This document shows, piece by piece, positions 1 through 21,039 of a DNA stretch of 64,000 nt. The notes beneath the pieces were generated by a model. The model saw nothing but the letters and a program-made list of their open reading frames with translations, was not told the DNA's origin and made no database searches. The stretch is from the NCBI RefSeq assembly GCF_000143415.4, contig NW_003314297.1, forward strand, positions 372,001-436,000, written 5' to 3'. The position numbers and the translations under genes were made by a program. Source of the stretch: Selaginella moellendorffii (taxonomy: Eukaryota > Plantae > Lycopodiophyta). Numbering within the stretch: the stretch's first letter is position 1; the number at the start of each line of letters is the position of its first letter.

Positions 1-8740
<8,740 letters not shown>

Positions 8741-10517
8741 TATACGAATTCTCCTGCGTTGAAGAGGAAGGAAAAAAATGAAAGAATGTTTCTTTGTTTT
8801 TTGATGCGCCATTTGCGTACAACGTCGTCTTGTGAAATACATTGTTTCAATATTGTCATGTTCATTCCACATAGCTAAAATGCCGCTGATGTGGTTGGTT
8901 GAAATTAAAGATTTAAGGGGAAGGAGGAAGTCCCTTTGTTTTGGTGTGCCATCTTAAGAATTCTTCTGTTTGACAGATCCAGGGTTCAAAAATTGTGCTA
9001 ATAATCCCATTGATTAATCCTATTGAGGGTGAAATATATTATTTTAATATTATTATTTGCTTAATTGTGATGTATTCAAAGATCTTGCAGAGTTCAAAAT
9101 TAACGATTTCTCTAAAAAGAATTTGACAAAAAAAAATAAATTTGTGGCTATTTAATTTTGCCACATTTAGCTCAATAAAAAATATTAAACCCTTAATTTG
9201 TACAAATATATCAAGGCTTAGGATATTTGACTCCATAAAATTTCTATCTTAATTAGTGGTTGCCTTTATAAACAACTTTCCAATATAACAATTGTTCTAA
9301 CTTTTATGACAAATATCAAGAATGTTATAAATAGTGGTAGAAATATTTTGAAACTGATAAAAACATATACAAACTTTTATTAGACTTAATATATTTTTAT
9401 TGATAATAGCTAAAACTCTCAACTATCTAATTCTACTAAATACATAATCATAATTTTAGTAATTTGTAAAAACTAACAATGATATTTTTATAAGTTTTTT
9501 AAAGTTATAGCATAACTTTTGTCTTCCATAGTGATTACACTATTGTGGTAGAAAACTTAGATGGTGATGAAAGTAAATGCATATAAATAATACTTTTACT
9601 ATATATTTTGTTTTAGAAAGAATACATTTTTTGGGGTATTAACATTGTTGAAAAGGCTGACTTAAGATGATATAAAAGATATTTCTGTGCTTAATTTTGT
9701 AAAAACCTTTTTTATTTTTTAGGTAGTACCAGGCCTACAAAATCTACATGATGTTGTAGTGCACAATTTTCCAAACCACAAATGTCTTCAAGAATATTTA
9801 ATACCACAGAGAAACACTTTCTTTTGTTGAATCTATAATTCTACTAAACTCTGATTTATTCCCTCAATTGAAACAAGGACACATTGCATTATGTTAAGTG
9901 ACGTATTTTCTTTTACAGTAACTCTGCTCTCATCAACTTTCTTGAATTCTTAATTTTTTCTTTCAAAACTTACTTCCAGATTTCACAAGTGAAGTGAAGT
10001 AAGTTATAACATAGGGAATCTGTTTTGTACACCAAAAGGAGCTCCTTGACAAAAATGAGTAGAGTTTCAATTATGTTCTACCTCAAAAAGATATTTCTAG
10101 GTTTCTGCTTTACTATTTCTAAATGCCAAACTTTCTTTTTCTTTTTTCTTTTCGTTGTGCAGATGGGATAAAAAAAATCTGATTTGTGGACAGCCAACAA
10201 AAGTTTGGAACTTCGTTTTTGGGCATCTTGTTGTGGCTAGACTCTCACCTGTACTGTACAACTACAATATGTTTGTGTGGCATGTTTCTATTGAGGGGTT
10301 GGTGCTCAGCCTGTCATGCTTTGCAAAGTCAAGCTTTTCTGGATTTGGCATCAGCTTCATGCCTACTGTGAAATGTTGTTGCAGGTGTCAACCATGGTTG
10401 ATGATAGTAGTAACAAGGAACATGTACACTGATACTCATTTGGTCAGAGATAAAGTAGCTCGCTTTACAAGGAGCAATACTGAGCAACATCAAGCTTGAA
10501 GTTCAACTAGTGGCCTG

Positions 10518-10790
10518 TCATATATATTCCTGTGAGTGCATCCAATAGTGTACTCCCTTTATCAAATGTATACATCTTGCCAAGTGCCCTATAGCCTCAT
10601 GGGTATTTAGTAACCACTTAAGAGATAAGTGGTCTACTTCAATCATGAAATGCCATCTTGCCAAGATGATGCCATTGCTTGTGACCAAATATCCAAGATA
10701 CTCCACTTTGTTAGTGAAAAATAAGCACTTCTTGACCTTTGACTTCAGCTTCCATTCAATGCCTCCAAAATGAGATTCACATGCTGACGT
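10518..10790 (-). pseudogene. Ty3/gypsy RT/RNase H remnant
   Basis: Peptide VEYLGYLVT joined to F.IEVDHLSLKWLLN..GHLAR, both gypsy pol motifs; internally deleted. Confidence 0.65.
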
Positions 10791-10797
10791 GCATACT

Positions 10798-10998
10798 TGT
10801 TAGGCACCAGCTTTGACCACGTGGTCAACATCAATCAAAGGGAAGCTCAAAGGTGGCATTTTAGGGTAAGGAACTTAACCTACCCTAATGCGGAGCTTTT
10901 GAGGTAACTCAGGGGTGGTTGTGGTGAGGAACCTCAAGAGAAGGCATAACATAGTCTAAGGAGACTAGATCTTTGTATTTTTGCACCAGATCATAATA
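10798..10998 (+). repeat. 5' LTR of element A (~200 bp)
   Basis: Starts TGTTAGG; homologous to the reverse complement of 22630-22862 and 17240-17345; followed by PBS. Confidence 0.8.
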
Positions 10999-11294
10999 TT
11001 AATATCAGAGAAGTTGGTTATGATGGCCAACTAAGCTGAACACAAGAATCCTATTGTCAATAGTGGTGCCAATAATGGTGCTGATGGAGCTGTGGAGGTT
11101 TGGACCAGTTAAGATGTTGTTTATCAGCTGTGAACCTTAATCGAAATCAGCAAGAGATGCAAGACAAGATACATGGCATGATGGATATCATGTTTGAACA
11201 TGTTGAGGCACTCGAGGCTGGACATGGTGGTGCTCCAAGTAAGCCTTCCTTGGTAGATCAACTTAAAATTCCAACCTTTTCTAGTGATAGTGGT

Positions 11295-11656
11295 TGTTAG
11301 GAATCCCCCAATTCTTGCCATATTCCTGACTCTCGTTGGATTTATGATCCATAGACCACATTCCTAACTCTCGAGACATTTCCCTATTCCTGACTCTCTG
11401 ATTTCCCGTACAATTTCTGAGTCTCGAACCACATTCCTGGTGATGACGTGGTGCCTCCTCGACCTCAGCTATAATTAGGCCGTCCTCGATCCAAGAGTGG
11501 TGGAGCTTCATCAACCTATAGTATATATAGGTTAGCCTTGTTCCATTTCTCCACAATCTGAATTAACGCCAATCTAAGGCCTCTTCTTCGTCTCCACTAG
11601 CTTTTCTCTTTGTCTTCTGCATTTTTCCAATCCTGATCTTATTGAGGGTCTTGACA
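11295..11656 (+). repeat. 5' LTR of element B (362 bp, TG..CA)
   Basis: Direct repeat of 16490-16850; TATA box 11522-11529. Confidence 0.93.
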
Positions 11657-11658
11657 AT

Positions 11659-11673
11659 TTGATTCAGATTGTG
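11659..11673 (+). promoter_or_regulatory. Self-priming (non-tRNA) primer binding site
   Basis: TTGATTCAGATTGTG is the exact reverse complement of CACAATCTGAATCAA in the LTR R region (16746-16760; 14/15 match at 11552-11566). Confidence 0.85.
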
Positions 11674-11750
11674 CTTTTTGTTTTTGCTTTAGCTCGTTTT
11701 GATTGTTTGATTGCCTTTGCCTTTTTCCCCCTTTTCTTTCTTTTTTGCCG

Positions 11751-12722
11751 ATGGAGTCTCCAAGCCATCATGATTTCTTCACCAAAGTCCTTGCAAAAAT
11801 CCAGTCTGAGAATACTGAGTTGAAGGCAACCCTTCTTCACATGCAACAAGAGCTTGCTTCACTTTTGGCTCAAGGATCAAGTAGAGTTCCTGAACCAAAG
11901 GTGAGTTTCCCAGGGAAGTTCTCAAGCAAGCATTCGAAGCTTCATGGATTCTTGAACTAGATGGAGCTGATCTTCGCACTTCAACATCGGTGGTACTCCA
12001 CTCCCGAGTCTCAAATCAGCATGATCGAGACATTGCTCAAAGGTGCAAATTTGTCATGGTTTTCTCCTCTTCTGGAGAAGAGCATGAAAGGGGTTGTGGT
12101 TTTGGAGCTGATAGATCTTCAGTTGTTCAAAGAGAAGCTCGAAGCATGTTTTGGCGAGACGGATCGGGTTTGGGCTGCCACCACAAAGATGAGACGTCTC
12201 TCTTAGGGGTCTCGTCCTGTCTCGATCTATGCTACGAAGTTCCAACTCCTTGCCTTGGACACTTAGTGGGATGAGTGGGCCCTAATTGATCAATTTCATT
12301 TCAACCTCAACAACGGTGTCAAGGATTTTTTGCTCACCATGGAGGATCTCATGGACCTATCGGACGCTATCAACAAAACTGTTCGATGTGACAATCGTCT
12401 CTTTGAACATCGTTAGGAAAGTCGTTGCGCTACTGTTTTCCTGTCCCAGACTAAGGAATCCTAGCTTGAGTCTTTGGGGCATACTCCTGAACCTACTACT
12501 CTAGTCCTGATGGATATTTCTAGTACTCCCCGACTCATCAAAGGGAAGCTGAGTCCTGCTGAGAAGCAATGTTAAGTATCTCAGAATCTTTGCCTCTACT
12601 ATGCTGATCCTAATCACAAAGCAGTTGTGTGTCCCAAGAAGCCTCCCGGACTGCTCGAGTTCACTCTGCCTCAAGGTCCACCTCTGTTACAGTCGGGAAA
12701 TGACACTGTCCAAACAGAGTAG
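11751..12722 (+). pseudogene. gag: gag of element B (PEG10/sushi-like)
   Basis: Single frame: MESPS..VPEPKVSFPGKF..GFLN..LLKGANLSWFSPLLE..NLCLYYADPNHKAVVCP, with in-frame stops; ends TAG at 12720-12722. Confidence 0.85.
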
Positions 12723-15700
12723 GAGCTGTCTTTTTGGACTCCCCGAATAAAAATCACTTTTTTTCTTTATCAAGCTCCTCACCACCTTTCATCAAAGCCA
12801 CCAAAAATTCCCGCAACTTCCGCATCCCATGTCTCCTTTCTTTCACCGGACAATTAGGACTCAAGGCTCTGGTGCTACTAGACTCGGGTGCAACTTCCTG
12901 CTTCATGGACACAGACTTTACTGCCCGACATCACATTCCTCTTTCTCCTACCATACAGGATCTGAGGGTTGAAGGCATTAGTGGGCATTTTGTGTCTCCA
13001 TCTTCTGGACTTAGGGAAATGTTGCTTGTTCGAGTACACATCGAGTCCACTGTCACCGATATCACCTTCAACATCATCAACAACAAGTCCTCCTCTGTGG
13101 TGCTCGGCCTTCCTTGGTTCCAACTGCACCAGCCTCAAATATGTTGGAAGGAATTACAGCTCGTCTCTCCCACATCACCATCTCCCACGTCTTCCCTTGC
13201 TGTTCATTAAGTCCGAATCAAAAAAAGTTCCCTAAACTCAAATTGAGGTTCTGTTCCTAACTTTACGAAGTTTTCACCCTCTTTGCTCCCTATCCCTCAA
13301 TCTTCTTTTCCCTCTCTTCCATTTTACACTGGATAGTATCCTCGTCCCATCATTCCATTCAATCGTATGTCTCCTCCTATCTCCACAATCACTATGAAAG
13401 AACTCCTTCACGAAGAACCTGTTTTCCCTTTTGCTTTGCATGTTTCTCCTGTCAATCTTTCTGAGAAGTATCATGATTTTGGGGATGTGTTTGACAAAAA
13501 AAAAGCTAGTGTACTACCTATTCATCGGCCTTACAACTATCCTATTGATTTATAGGAAGGAGCATCACCTCCGTGGGGGCCTATCTATGGGTTATCCCTG
13601 TCTGAGCTTAAGGCCCTCAAAGAGTATGTGGACAAGAACCTTGCATCAAAGTACATTCAGCATTTGTAGTCTCCAGCTGGAGCACCTGTCTTCTTTGTCA
13701 AAAAGAACAATGGGAGTTTGCAGCTAGTCATCGACTACCAAGGTTTGAACAAGGTGACTGTTCGGAACCATTATCCTCTGCCCTTGATCTCAGACCTATT
13801 GGAATGCCTTGGCGGTGCCTACTTCTTCACCAAGATTGACCTCTGTGGAGCATACAACCTGATCCAAATCTAGCCTGGCGATGAATGGAAGATTGTGTTT
13901 CGAACCCACTATAGCCACTTCGAGTACATTGCCATGCAGTTTGGCTTGACAAATGCTCTAGCAGTTTTCCAACACATGGCAAACGACATCTTTCGAGAGT
14001 TTCTTGATCAGATGGTGATCATCTACCTTGACGACATCCTCATCTACTCAAAAACTCAGAAGGAGCATGATGAGTATGTGTGCAAGGTGCTGGCGTAGCT
14101 GTGGGAACACGGCCTATACACAAAGCTTGAGAAATGTTCCTTTGATTAAGAGTCTATGGAGTTCCTTGGGTACATTGTCACTCCTGAGGGTATCATGATG
14201 GATTCTGCCAAAGTCAAAACTATTCTCAAATGGGAGCCTTCACAATCAATGTCGGACGTTTAGGTTTTCCTTAGCTTCGCCAACTTATACCGCAAATTCA
14301 TTGATCACTACTCCAACATTGTCCTTCCTCTCACGCATCTCACTCGCAAGGATGTTCCCTTCTTTTCCAGTAGGGTTTCGACACACTCAAGGCGGTCTTC
14401 AGTTCTACTCTTGTCTTGATCCACGCTGATCCCTCACAACCTTTCTTCATCAAGGCGGATGCCTTCGACTTTGCCATCGTGTTATGCTGTCTCAACTTGG
14501 AGCAGATTAGGAATTTCATCTGGTCGCTTTCCATTCTCGGAAATTCCAGCCTGCGGAGATTAATTACGAAATCCACGACAAGGAGCTCCTTGCCATCGTA
14601 GATTCCTTTGGAGAGTGGTATCGTTTCTTGGAGGGGGTGAGCCATCAAAAAACAGTCTGAACGGATCACAAAAATCTCAAGTACTTTGCCACTTCCCGAG
14701 TTTTGAGCCATCATCAAGGAAGGTGGGCATAATTCCTGAGTTGGTTTGACTTTGTTATCAAGTACAGACCTAAAAAGCTTCAGGGCCTTCCTGATGCTCT
14801 TTCAAAGCACTCTTATCTCAGTCTCAGGCTTGGTAATCCTGCCTTCGATCAACAGGATCAGGTTATCCTCGGTCCTAATCGGCTTTAAGTTATGGCAATT
14901 TCCTTGGCCCCTTAGGACTCCTCCTTGATGGACGTGATTAGAAACGATCTTCAATCCAACAACCTCGCCAGCGACATTTCCCCCCATCTTCAGGATGGAC
15001 ACCCAGTGACTCCTGACTGCCAGAAATTTGATGAGTTTGAGTTCTTAGATGGCTTGTTGTACCGTGGGGAGAAGCTTTACATTCCTGAAGGTGATGCTCG
15101 AAAGTTAGTCTTAATGGCATGCCACGATAGCCTGACTGCTGGTCACTTTGGCATTGCAAAAACCTATGAGCTGGTTGCATGGAACTTTTGGTGGCCTCAC
15201 ATGGACGACTACATCAAAGTTTTTGTTACCTCCTGTGACACTTGCACCCAGAATAAGGTACCTCACCACCTTCCTTCAGGTTTGCTTCATTCCCTCCCGG
15301 TCCCTTCAGGTCCTTAGGAATCTATGCCCATGGATTTCTTGAGTGATCTTCTGAGTTCTGGAGGCTTCAATAGCATTTTAGTCATAGTGGATTGCTTCAC
15401 AAAGATGGCACACTTTTTGCCGTCTACCAAGGAGTTTTCGGGTGAGGACATGGCAAAACTGGTATTTAGGGAAATTTTTTGACTTCATAGGATTCCTGAA
15501 GATGTGGTTTCAGATCAGGGACCTCAGTTCATCTCTCATTTCTAGCAACAATTCTTGCAGCTACTTGGAGTGAAGGCTAACCTTTCTTTGGCATATCATC
15601 CTCAAACTGATGGACAATCCAAGTGAACAATTTAGATGTTGAAACAATTTATGAGGTGCTTTATCAACTATCATCAGAATGATTGGTTCGATATCCTTCC

Positions 15701-16478
15701 CTTTGCTAAGTTCTCCTATAACAAGTTTGTTCACTCCTCCCTTCGAGTTTCCCCATTCTTTGCAAACTCTGGCTGAAATCTCTGATTCAATCTCTCACTT
15801 CCTTCTCCATCTAAATCCTCTCGTTCAAATCCCCACTCTGAGGCATTTGTCTCCAACCTCCAAGAAATCCACAACTCCGTCTCCTTCCACCTTCATCGTG
15901 CTTAGGAATTTCACAAAACATTTGCCAATGTCCATCGTTAGGATTGTCCCCTTTATAATATCAAGGATAAAGTCTAGCTCCTCAAGCAAAATATCTTCAC
16001 CACCAGGCCATGTCCCAAGCTCGATTTCAAATGCCTTGGTCCTTTCCCTATCACTGCCATCATTAATCCTATCACTTATCGCCTTGCACTTCCCTCCTTA
16101 TATTAAATTCACCCCGTTTTTCACTCCTCTCTCCTTCAGCTTTATATTCCCAATCCTATTCCAAATCGGGTCATTCCTCCGCCTCCACCAGTGCAGCTCG
16201 AGGATGTGTCTGAGTATGAGGTTCAGGACATCCTTGATTCCAAGATCTCATGGTCTAAACTCTACTATCTGGTAGACTTGAAGGGTTAGGAATTTGAGGA
16301 ATGCACTTGGGAACCTGTGGACAACCTGATTCATTCTCCTGACTTTGTTCAGGACTTCCACCACCACTATCCTTCTCATCCTAGTCCTCATTCTTTTCAT
16401 TCTCCATCTCCTGTCCCTCGACGCCCATCTCATCCTCCTCTTCATTCTCATTCACATCCTCATTCCACTCACTCTTGA
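12695..16478 (+). pseudogene. pol: pol of element B (PR-RT-RH-INT-chromodomain), -1 frame to gag
   Basis: ORF fragments 12734-13210, 13367-13555, 13895-14098, 14416-14601, 14925-15317; chromodomain at ~16210-16370. Confidence 0.9.
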
Positions 16479-16489
16479 GGAGGGGGTGA

Positions 16490-16850
16490 TATCATGAATC
16501 CCCTAATTTTTGCCACATTCCTGACTCTTGCTGGATTCCTGACCTACAGACCACATTCTTGACTCTCAAGACTTTCCCTAATCCTAACTCTCTAATTTCC
16601 CATACAATTCTTGAGTTTCGAACCATATTCCTGATGATGACATGGCACCTCCTCAACCTCAGCTATATTTAGGCCGTCTTCGATCCAAGAGTGGTGGAGC
16701 TTCATCAATGTATAGTATATATAGGTTAGCTTTGTTCCATTTCTCCACAATCTGAATCAACACCAGTCTAAGGCTTCTTTTTCGTCTCCACTAGCTTTTC
16801 TCTTTGTCTTCTGCATTTTTCCAGTCTTGATCTTGTTGGGGGTCTTGACA
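16490..16850 (+). repeat. 3' LTR of element B
   Basis: Direct repeat of 11295-11656, preceded by PPT, ends TTGACA. Confidence 0.93.
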
Positions 16851-17239
16851 ATGGTGTGGACAAATGTCTAACTTAGCTAGCCAATATGAAGAAGTTCTTG
16901 GCTATTAGAGGAACTTTAGATGTAGAGGTTTTAGTGGCTGCTATAATGATTTTGCATGATGTGGGTTTTCGGTGGTGGAATTGGTTTAAGGAGTTTTGTA
17001 TTGCAAATAAAAAACCACCAATGTCTACTATGGATGAGTTTGAGGCTGGTTTTTATTTATGTTTTGTCCCTTACTATAACATGGAGAATGCTTGCACAAA
17101 ATTTTAACATTTTCAACAAGGGAAAATGACACTTAAGGACTATATTGAGAAGTTTACTCACTTGATTAGCAATATTCCCATGAAGGATCTAGATCAAAAC
17201 AAGTCTTACTTCATTGATGGCCTTTATAATGAGAGCCCA

Positions 17240-17660
17240 TTATGCTACCACTCCATTGTAAGATCTAGAATAAATTAAGTTCCTTACCCTAACATACTTT
17301 AATAAACTTTCCCTTTGATCGATGTTGACTATATAGTCAATAACAATTCTTCCCCCTTAACAAAGTCCTTACCCTTTCACCCTTTCTAAAGAGCCCTACT
17401 CAAGCTCCTAGTCCATCTTCCATAGCCATATACATTAAGGAGGCATTGTGCCCTTCACTCTAAAATAGTACACTTTTCAATTGGCTAACATAAAATATCA
17501 GATGAATTTTCACCCTAGCTGGCAGCCGCACTCGATAAGTTGCCTTACGAATGAGCTCTAACACTTTATATAGACCAATATACTGATGAGAAATTTTACC
17601 ACTCTTTCCATTCCTCAAAGGCACTAAGGTGTTCTGCCACTTATTTAACAGAAAGACCAC
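17240..17660 (-). mobile_element. Fragment of the short-LTR gypsy family: integrase GPY/F tail, PPT and partial LTR
   Basis: YIGLYKVLELIRKATYRVRLPARVKIHLIFYVSQLK; colinear with 22750-23200. Confidence 0.75.
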
Positions 17661-19288
17661 TCGCACGAAAATGGTTTGGGGGAGCTCTTTGATGTGGTTC
17701 GTTGACTTGACAATAATAAGCACAAGTCTTGTAAGCGTTTGAGGAGTCCTTTCGAGAATTGTCGTGATGATTGTTGTGGACACAATAATAGAAATAAGCA
17801 TCACAAGCTGAAGTTTGTGGTGGTTACCTTAGATGCAAAGGGGTCAAAGAAGCAGAAGTTCTTTGTGAAGAATTATAGATAGGGTTGTCATTATTGCAGT
17901 AAGCTTGGACACTACAAGGCTGATTGTCCATAGTTGAAGAACAAGCAGCAAAACAAAATGAATGAGCACTCTTCTACTCATGGTAAGTCAAATAATAAAA
18001 AGTTGCAAACTTTGCAACATGAGGATGACAAGAACAACCATTCTAGTCAGAGGAAGAGGCTTTTGATCTTTGCTCATCAACTCAAATGTGTGGAACAAGA
18101 TGGAGCTCAAGGACACTCGTGAATCAACTTTAATATTGAAGGGTATGTTCTGTGGTGGTCTAGTGTGGATTTTATTGGATAATGAGAGTGATGACAACTT
18201 TGTTTTGGCAAAGTTTATTGAGAAGCATGGCTTAGTGATATGAAGATTTCTTCTATACACGGTAGCAGGTGTAGCTACGTCTGCTCAACATTTCAATATG
18301 TGTGTAGAGGGGTTAGAAGTGTTAATTGGCAAAACCACACTTGTGGAAACTTTTTATCTCAAGGATATCCATTGTGTGGATTTCATTCTTGAGATGCCAT
18401 AGTTGGTGAAGGTGAATCTGGAGATAAAGTGGAGTATTAAGTATGACTCACTAAAGTACAATGGTGTTAAAAATGTGTGGTTTGGAGAGGGAGTTCAACT
18501 TCCAGTTGTTATGCTCTTCACTATATCTTTGAAGCGGGATTATTATAATGGAAAAACACTTTCGAGTTATTTACTGTTTGTTTGTGACTTGGGGAACCAA
18601 AACATGTGTGGGGAGAAGCAATAGTACGGGATGTACCTGACGAGTTTTTTGATGTTTTTCCATTTGAACTTCTTCATGGGTTGCCTCAATTATAAGGTGT
18701 GGAGCATGGGATTATGTTAGAGCCAGGGACACAGCCAATTTACTAGCATCCATTTTGGCTGAGTTATGTAAAGGAGCAAGAAGTTACTTGAGTTTGAATT
18801 TATTCAGCCAAGTAAATCTTTGTTTGGTGCTCTAGTCTTGCTTGTGAAAAAGAAGGATGGTTCAATGTGGATGTGTATTGATTATAGTGCCTTAAACAAG
18901 AAGATAGTGAAGGATAAAATGCTAATGCCATATGTGAATGATGTCTTAGACAAGCTTGGTGAAACACACATATTTACCAAGATTGATTTGAGGAATGGAT
19001 ATCATCAAATTGCAATGGATGATGCATTTATCTCCAAAACGGCATTTAACATGAGCTTTAGGTATTTTGAGTTTATAATTATGCCATTTATGAAGATTTT
19101 CTTCCACCATAGCCACCTTCCTTGGATCCATCTTGACACCCTTAAATGTTACAATATGGCATGGATATTCCACCTCTAACTTTACAAACTTATTTGCTCC
19201 TCCATACCTGTGAATATCCGTACCTTGATACAAGTACCTGTGAATACCTGTCCGTATTCACTTACTCCTCCTTGCTCCTCCATACCAA

Positions 19289-19357
19289 GGAGGCATGGAG
19301 CTATTTTGAGCTCCTATTTTGAGTGTTACATGGAGCTCAAAATAGCTCCATACCTCC
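19289..19357. repeat. 26-bp inverted repeat (hairpin)
   Basis: GGAGGCATGGAGCTATTTTGAGCTCC (19289-19314) pairs with 19332-19357 with one mismatch; 17-nt loop. Confidence 0.85.
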
Positions 19358-20202
19358 GGTGGTAGGGTATGTGGACCCACACCATTGGAACACAAACAAG
19401 GAAGTCTCACATTCTATCTATCTATATCTATTTGGGTTATATGCTACTTTTGAGAGTTTTGTGGTGCCAACATGAGACTGAACTAAGGGACAAAAAATGT
19501 AATTTCGATTATCCATGCTGTGTTTGCCAGATCTTCTCTTTTGTGGTCATTCGAGATCTACAAAACTCTAGGAGTTGCAGCAGCAGCAGAAGATAGAGAG
19601 AGTACTGAGTAGCAGCGAGTGAGTACTTGGAGGAGAAGATTTTATTGACAAGTTTTTCCTGAAAATAAACAGCACTAACTAATCAAAATCATCACTATAT
19701 ATAATCTTATAAGGTCCCCTTATTATAAGTATCAATCCCCTTACCTATCATATGCATACACCCCTTTACTGAGTGATTAAGAAAACTTAGTAAAAAATTG
19801 GCTTATTTAAGCAAACCTATAAAGCAAAATATGTTTAGATGTAAGAGTTGTTATTCATTTGGATTAACCTTTGTATAAATTTTTTTATAATCTATAAAGT
19901 TTCCTAAACACCTCCATGTGTATTCTAGCTTATTGGATTAATCTGATGTTTATAAATTATAAACAGTTTATACACTTTTTTAAATACCTAGTGTTGCCAT
20001 AAATAATTATATTACCTTACTGCACTGTGTTGAGTGATATGATCTCCTATCATATATGTGATGATAGGAGATTGGCAATTCTCAGCTGTCCTGCTTGTAC
20101 TGTAAGATGCAGTGATGAACTTGAGAAAAAGAAAGAAAGGTAAGATTTTCTTTCATTTCATTCATTAGAACTCTTGATTCTCTTGTCATGCAATAAAACT
20201 AG

Positions 20203-20533
20203 NNNNNNNNNNNNNNNNNNNNNNNNNNNNNNNNNNNNNNNNNNNNNNNNNNNNNNNNNNNNNNNNNNNNNNNNNNNNNNNNNNNNNNNNNNNNNNNNNN
20301 NNNNNNNNNNNNNNNNNNNNNNNNNNNNNNNNNNNNNNNNNNNNNNNNNNNNNNNNNNNNNNNNNNNNNNNNNNNNNNNNNNNNNNNNNNNNNNNNNNNN
20401 NNNNNNNNNNNNNNNNNNNNNNNNNNNNNNNNNNNNNNNNNNNNNNNNNNNNNNNNNNNNNNNNNNNNNNNNNNNNNNNNNNNNNNNNNNNNNNNNNNNN
20501 NNNNNNNNNNNNNNNNNNNNNNNNNNNNNNNNN
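20203..20533. other. Assembly gap (331 N)
   Basis: Run of N adjoining a (TGG)n Pro-coding repeat. Confidence 1.
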
Positions 20534-21039
20534 TGGTGGTGGTGGTGGAGGACTTGGTGGTGGTGGAGGTGAACAAGAATTTGGAGTAAAATAATAGGGT
20601 CCACAAGTGACTTATTTATTTCCATTATTGGTGCATGTGCTTAAGGATTGGCCACTTGATCCACCATTTATGTCTGTTAAGAAAGAACACCCTCGGGGTG
20701 CTTTACTCATATCCACACTCACTCGACAACTCCCAATATCTGTTCCAGTCTTCAGTAATTCAAAGATATCAAAATATCCTCTACTATTTGTAAATGATGA
20801 ATCACTGTCTCTTGGACAAACCAGGTTTACCTTGGCATCTGAAAGATTTAACAAGATTAGAAAAATACAGAAGATAGATAATTTTTCTTACTGAAGATGC
20901 CATTCTGAGAGAGTGAACCACAATTAGTACAATAAACATAGCCATCCACTTTGATACTTGTAGTGGCAGCACAAAAATTCTCATTTTTCAGAATGACTGC
21001 AAGTAATAAAATTAAATAGAGAAATGTTTTGTTTTCCAT
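20534..21039 (-). pseudogene. Pollen Ole e 1-domain / extensin-like secreted protein with a premature stop; 3' end lost in the gap
   Basis: ATG 21039; signal peptide MENKTFLYLILLLAVIL; IKVDGYVYCTNC; 53-nt GT-AG intron 20839-20891; AKVNLVC..TNSRGYF..CRVSV..APRGCSFLTDINGG..GP..F.P..C followed by SPPPPPSPPPPP. In-frame TAA at 20612-20614; TATA at ~21075. Confidence 0.8.

Larger units (their letters stand above)
11295..16850 (+). mobile_element. Full-length decayed chromovirus (Tcn1/Tf1-sushi-like Ty3/gypsy), element B
   Basis: LTRs 11295-11656 and 16490-16850, TSD GTGGT/ATGGT, PPT GAGGAGGGGGTGA 16477-16489. Order gag-PR(LLDSGATSCF)-RT(YLDD)-RH-INT(GHFG..KT)-chromodomain(EYEVQDILDS..YYLV..TWEP). 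Many nonsense codons. Confidence 0.93.
10798..19090 (+). mobile_element. Decayed Ty3/gypsy element A (short-LTR family), interrupted by element B and by a minus-strand fragment
   Basis: LTR 10798-10998, decayed tRNA-iMet PBS TAATATCAGAG at ~11000-11010, gag 11100-11294 (LKIPTFSS) resuming at 16851, zinc knuckle CHYCSKLGHYKADC at ~17886-17927, protease remnant at ~18170, RT (VLLVKKKDGSM..CIDY..LN; FTKIDLRNGYHQI) 18820-19090. No 3' LTR seen. Confidence 0.8.

Noticed and set aside
20158-20625. ORFs spanning X runs
   Set aside because: Produced by the N gap.
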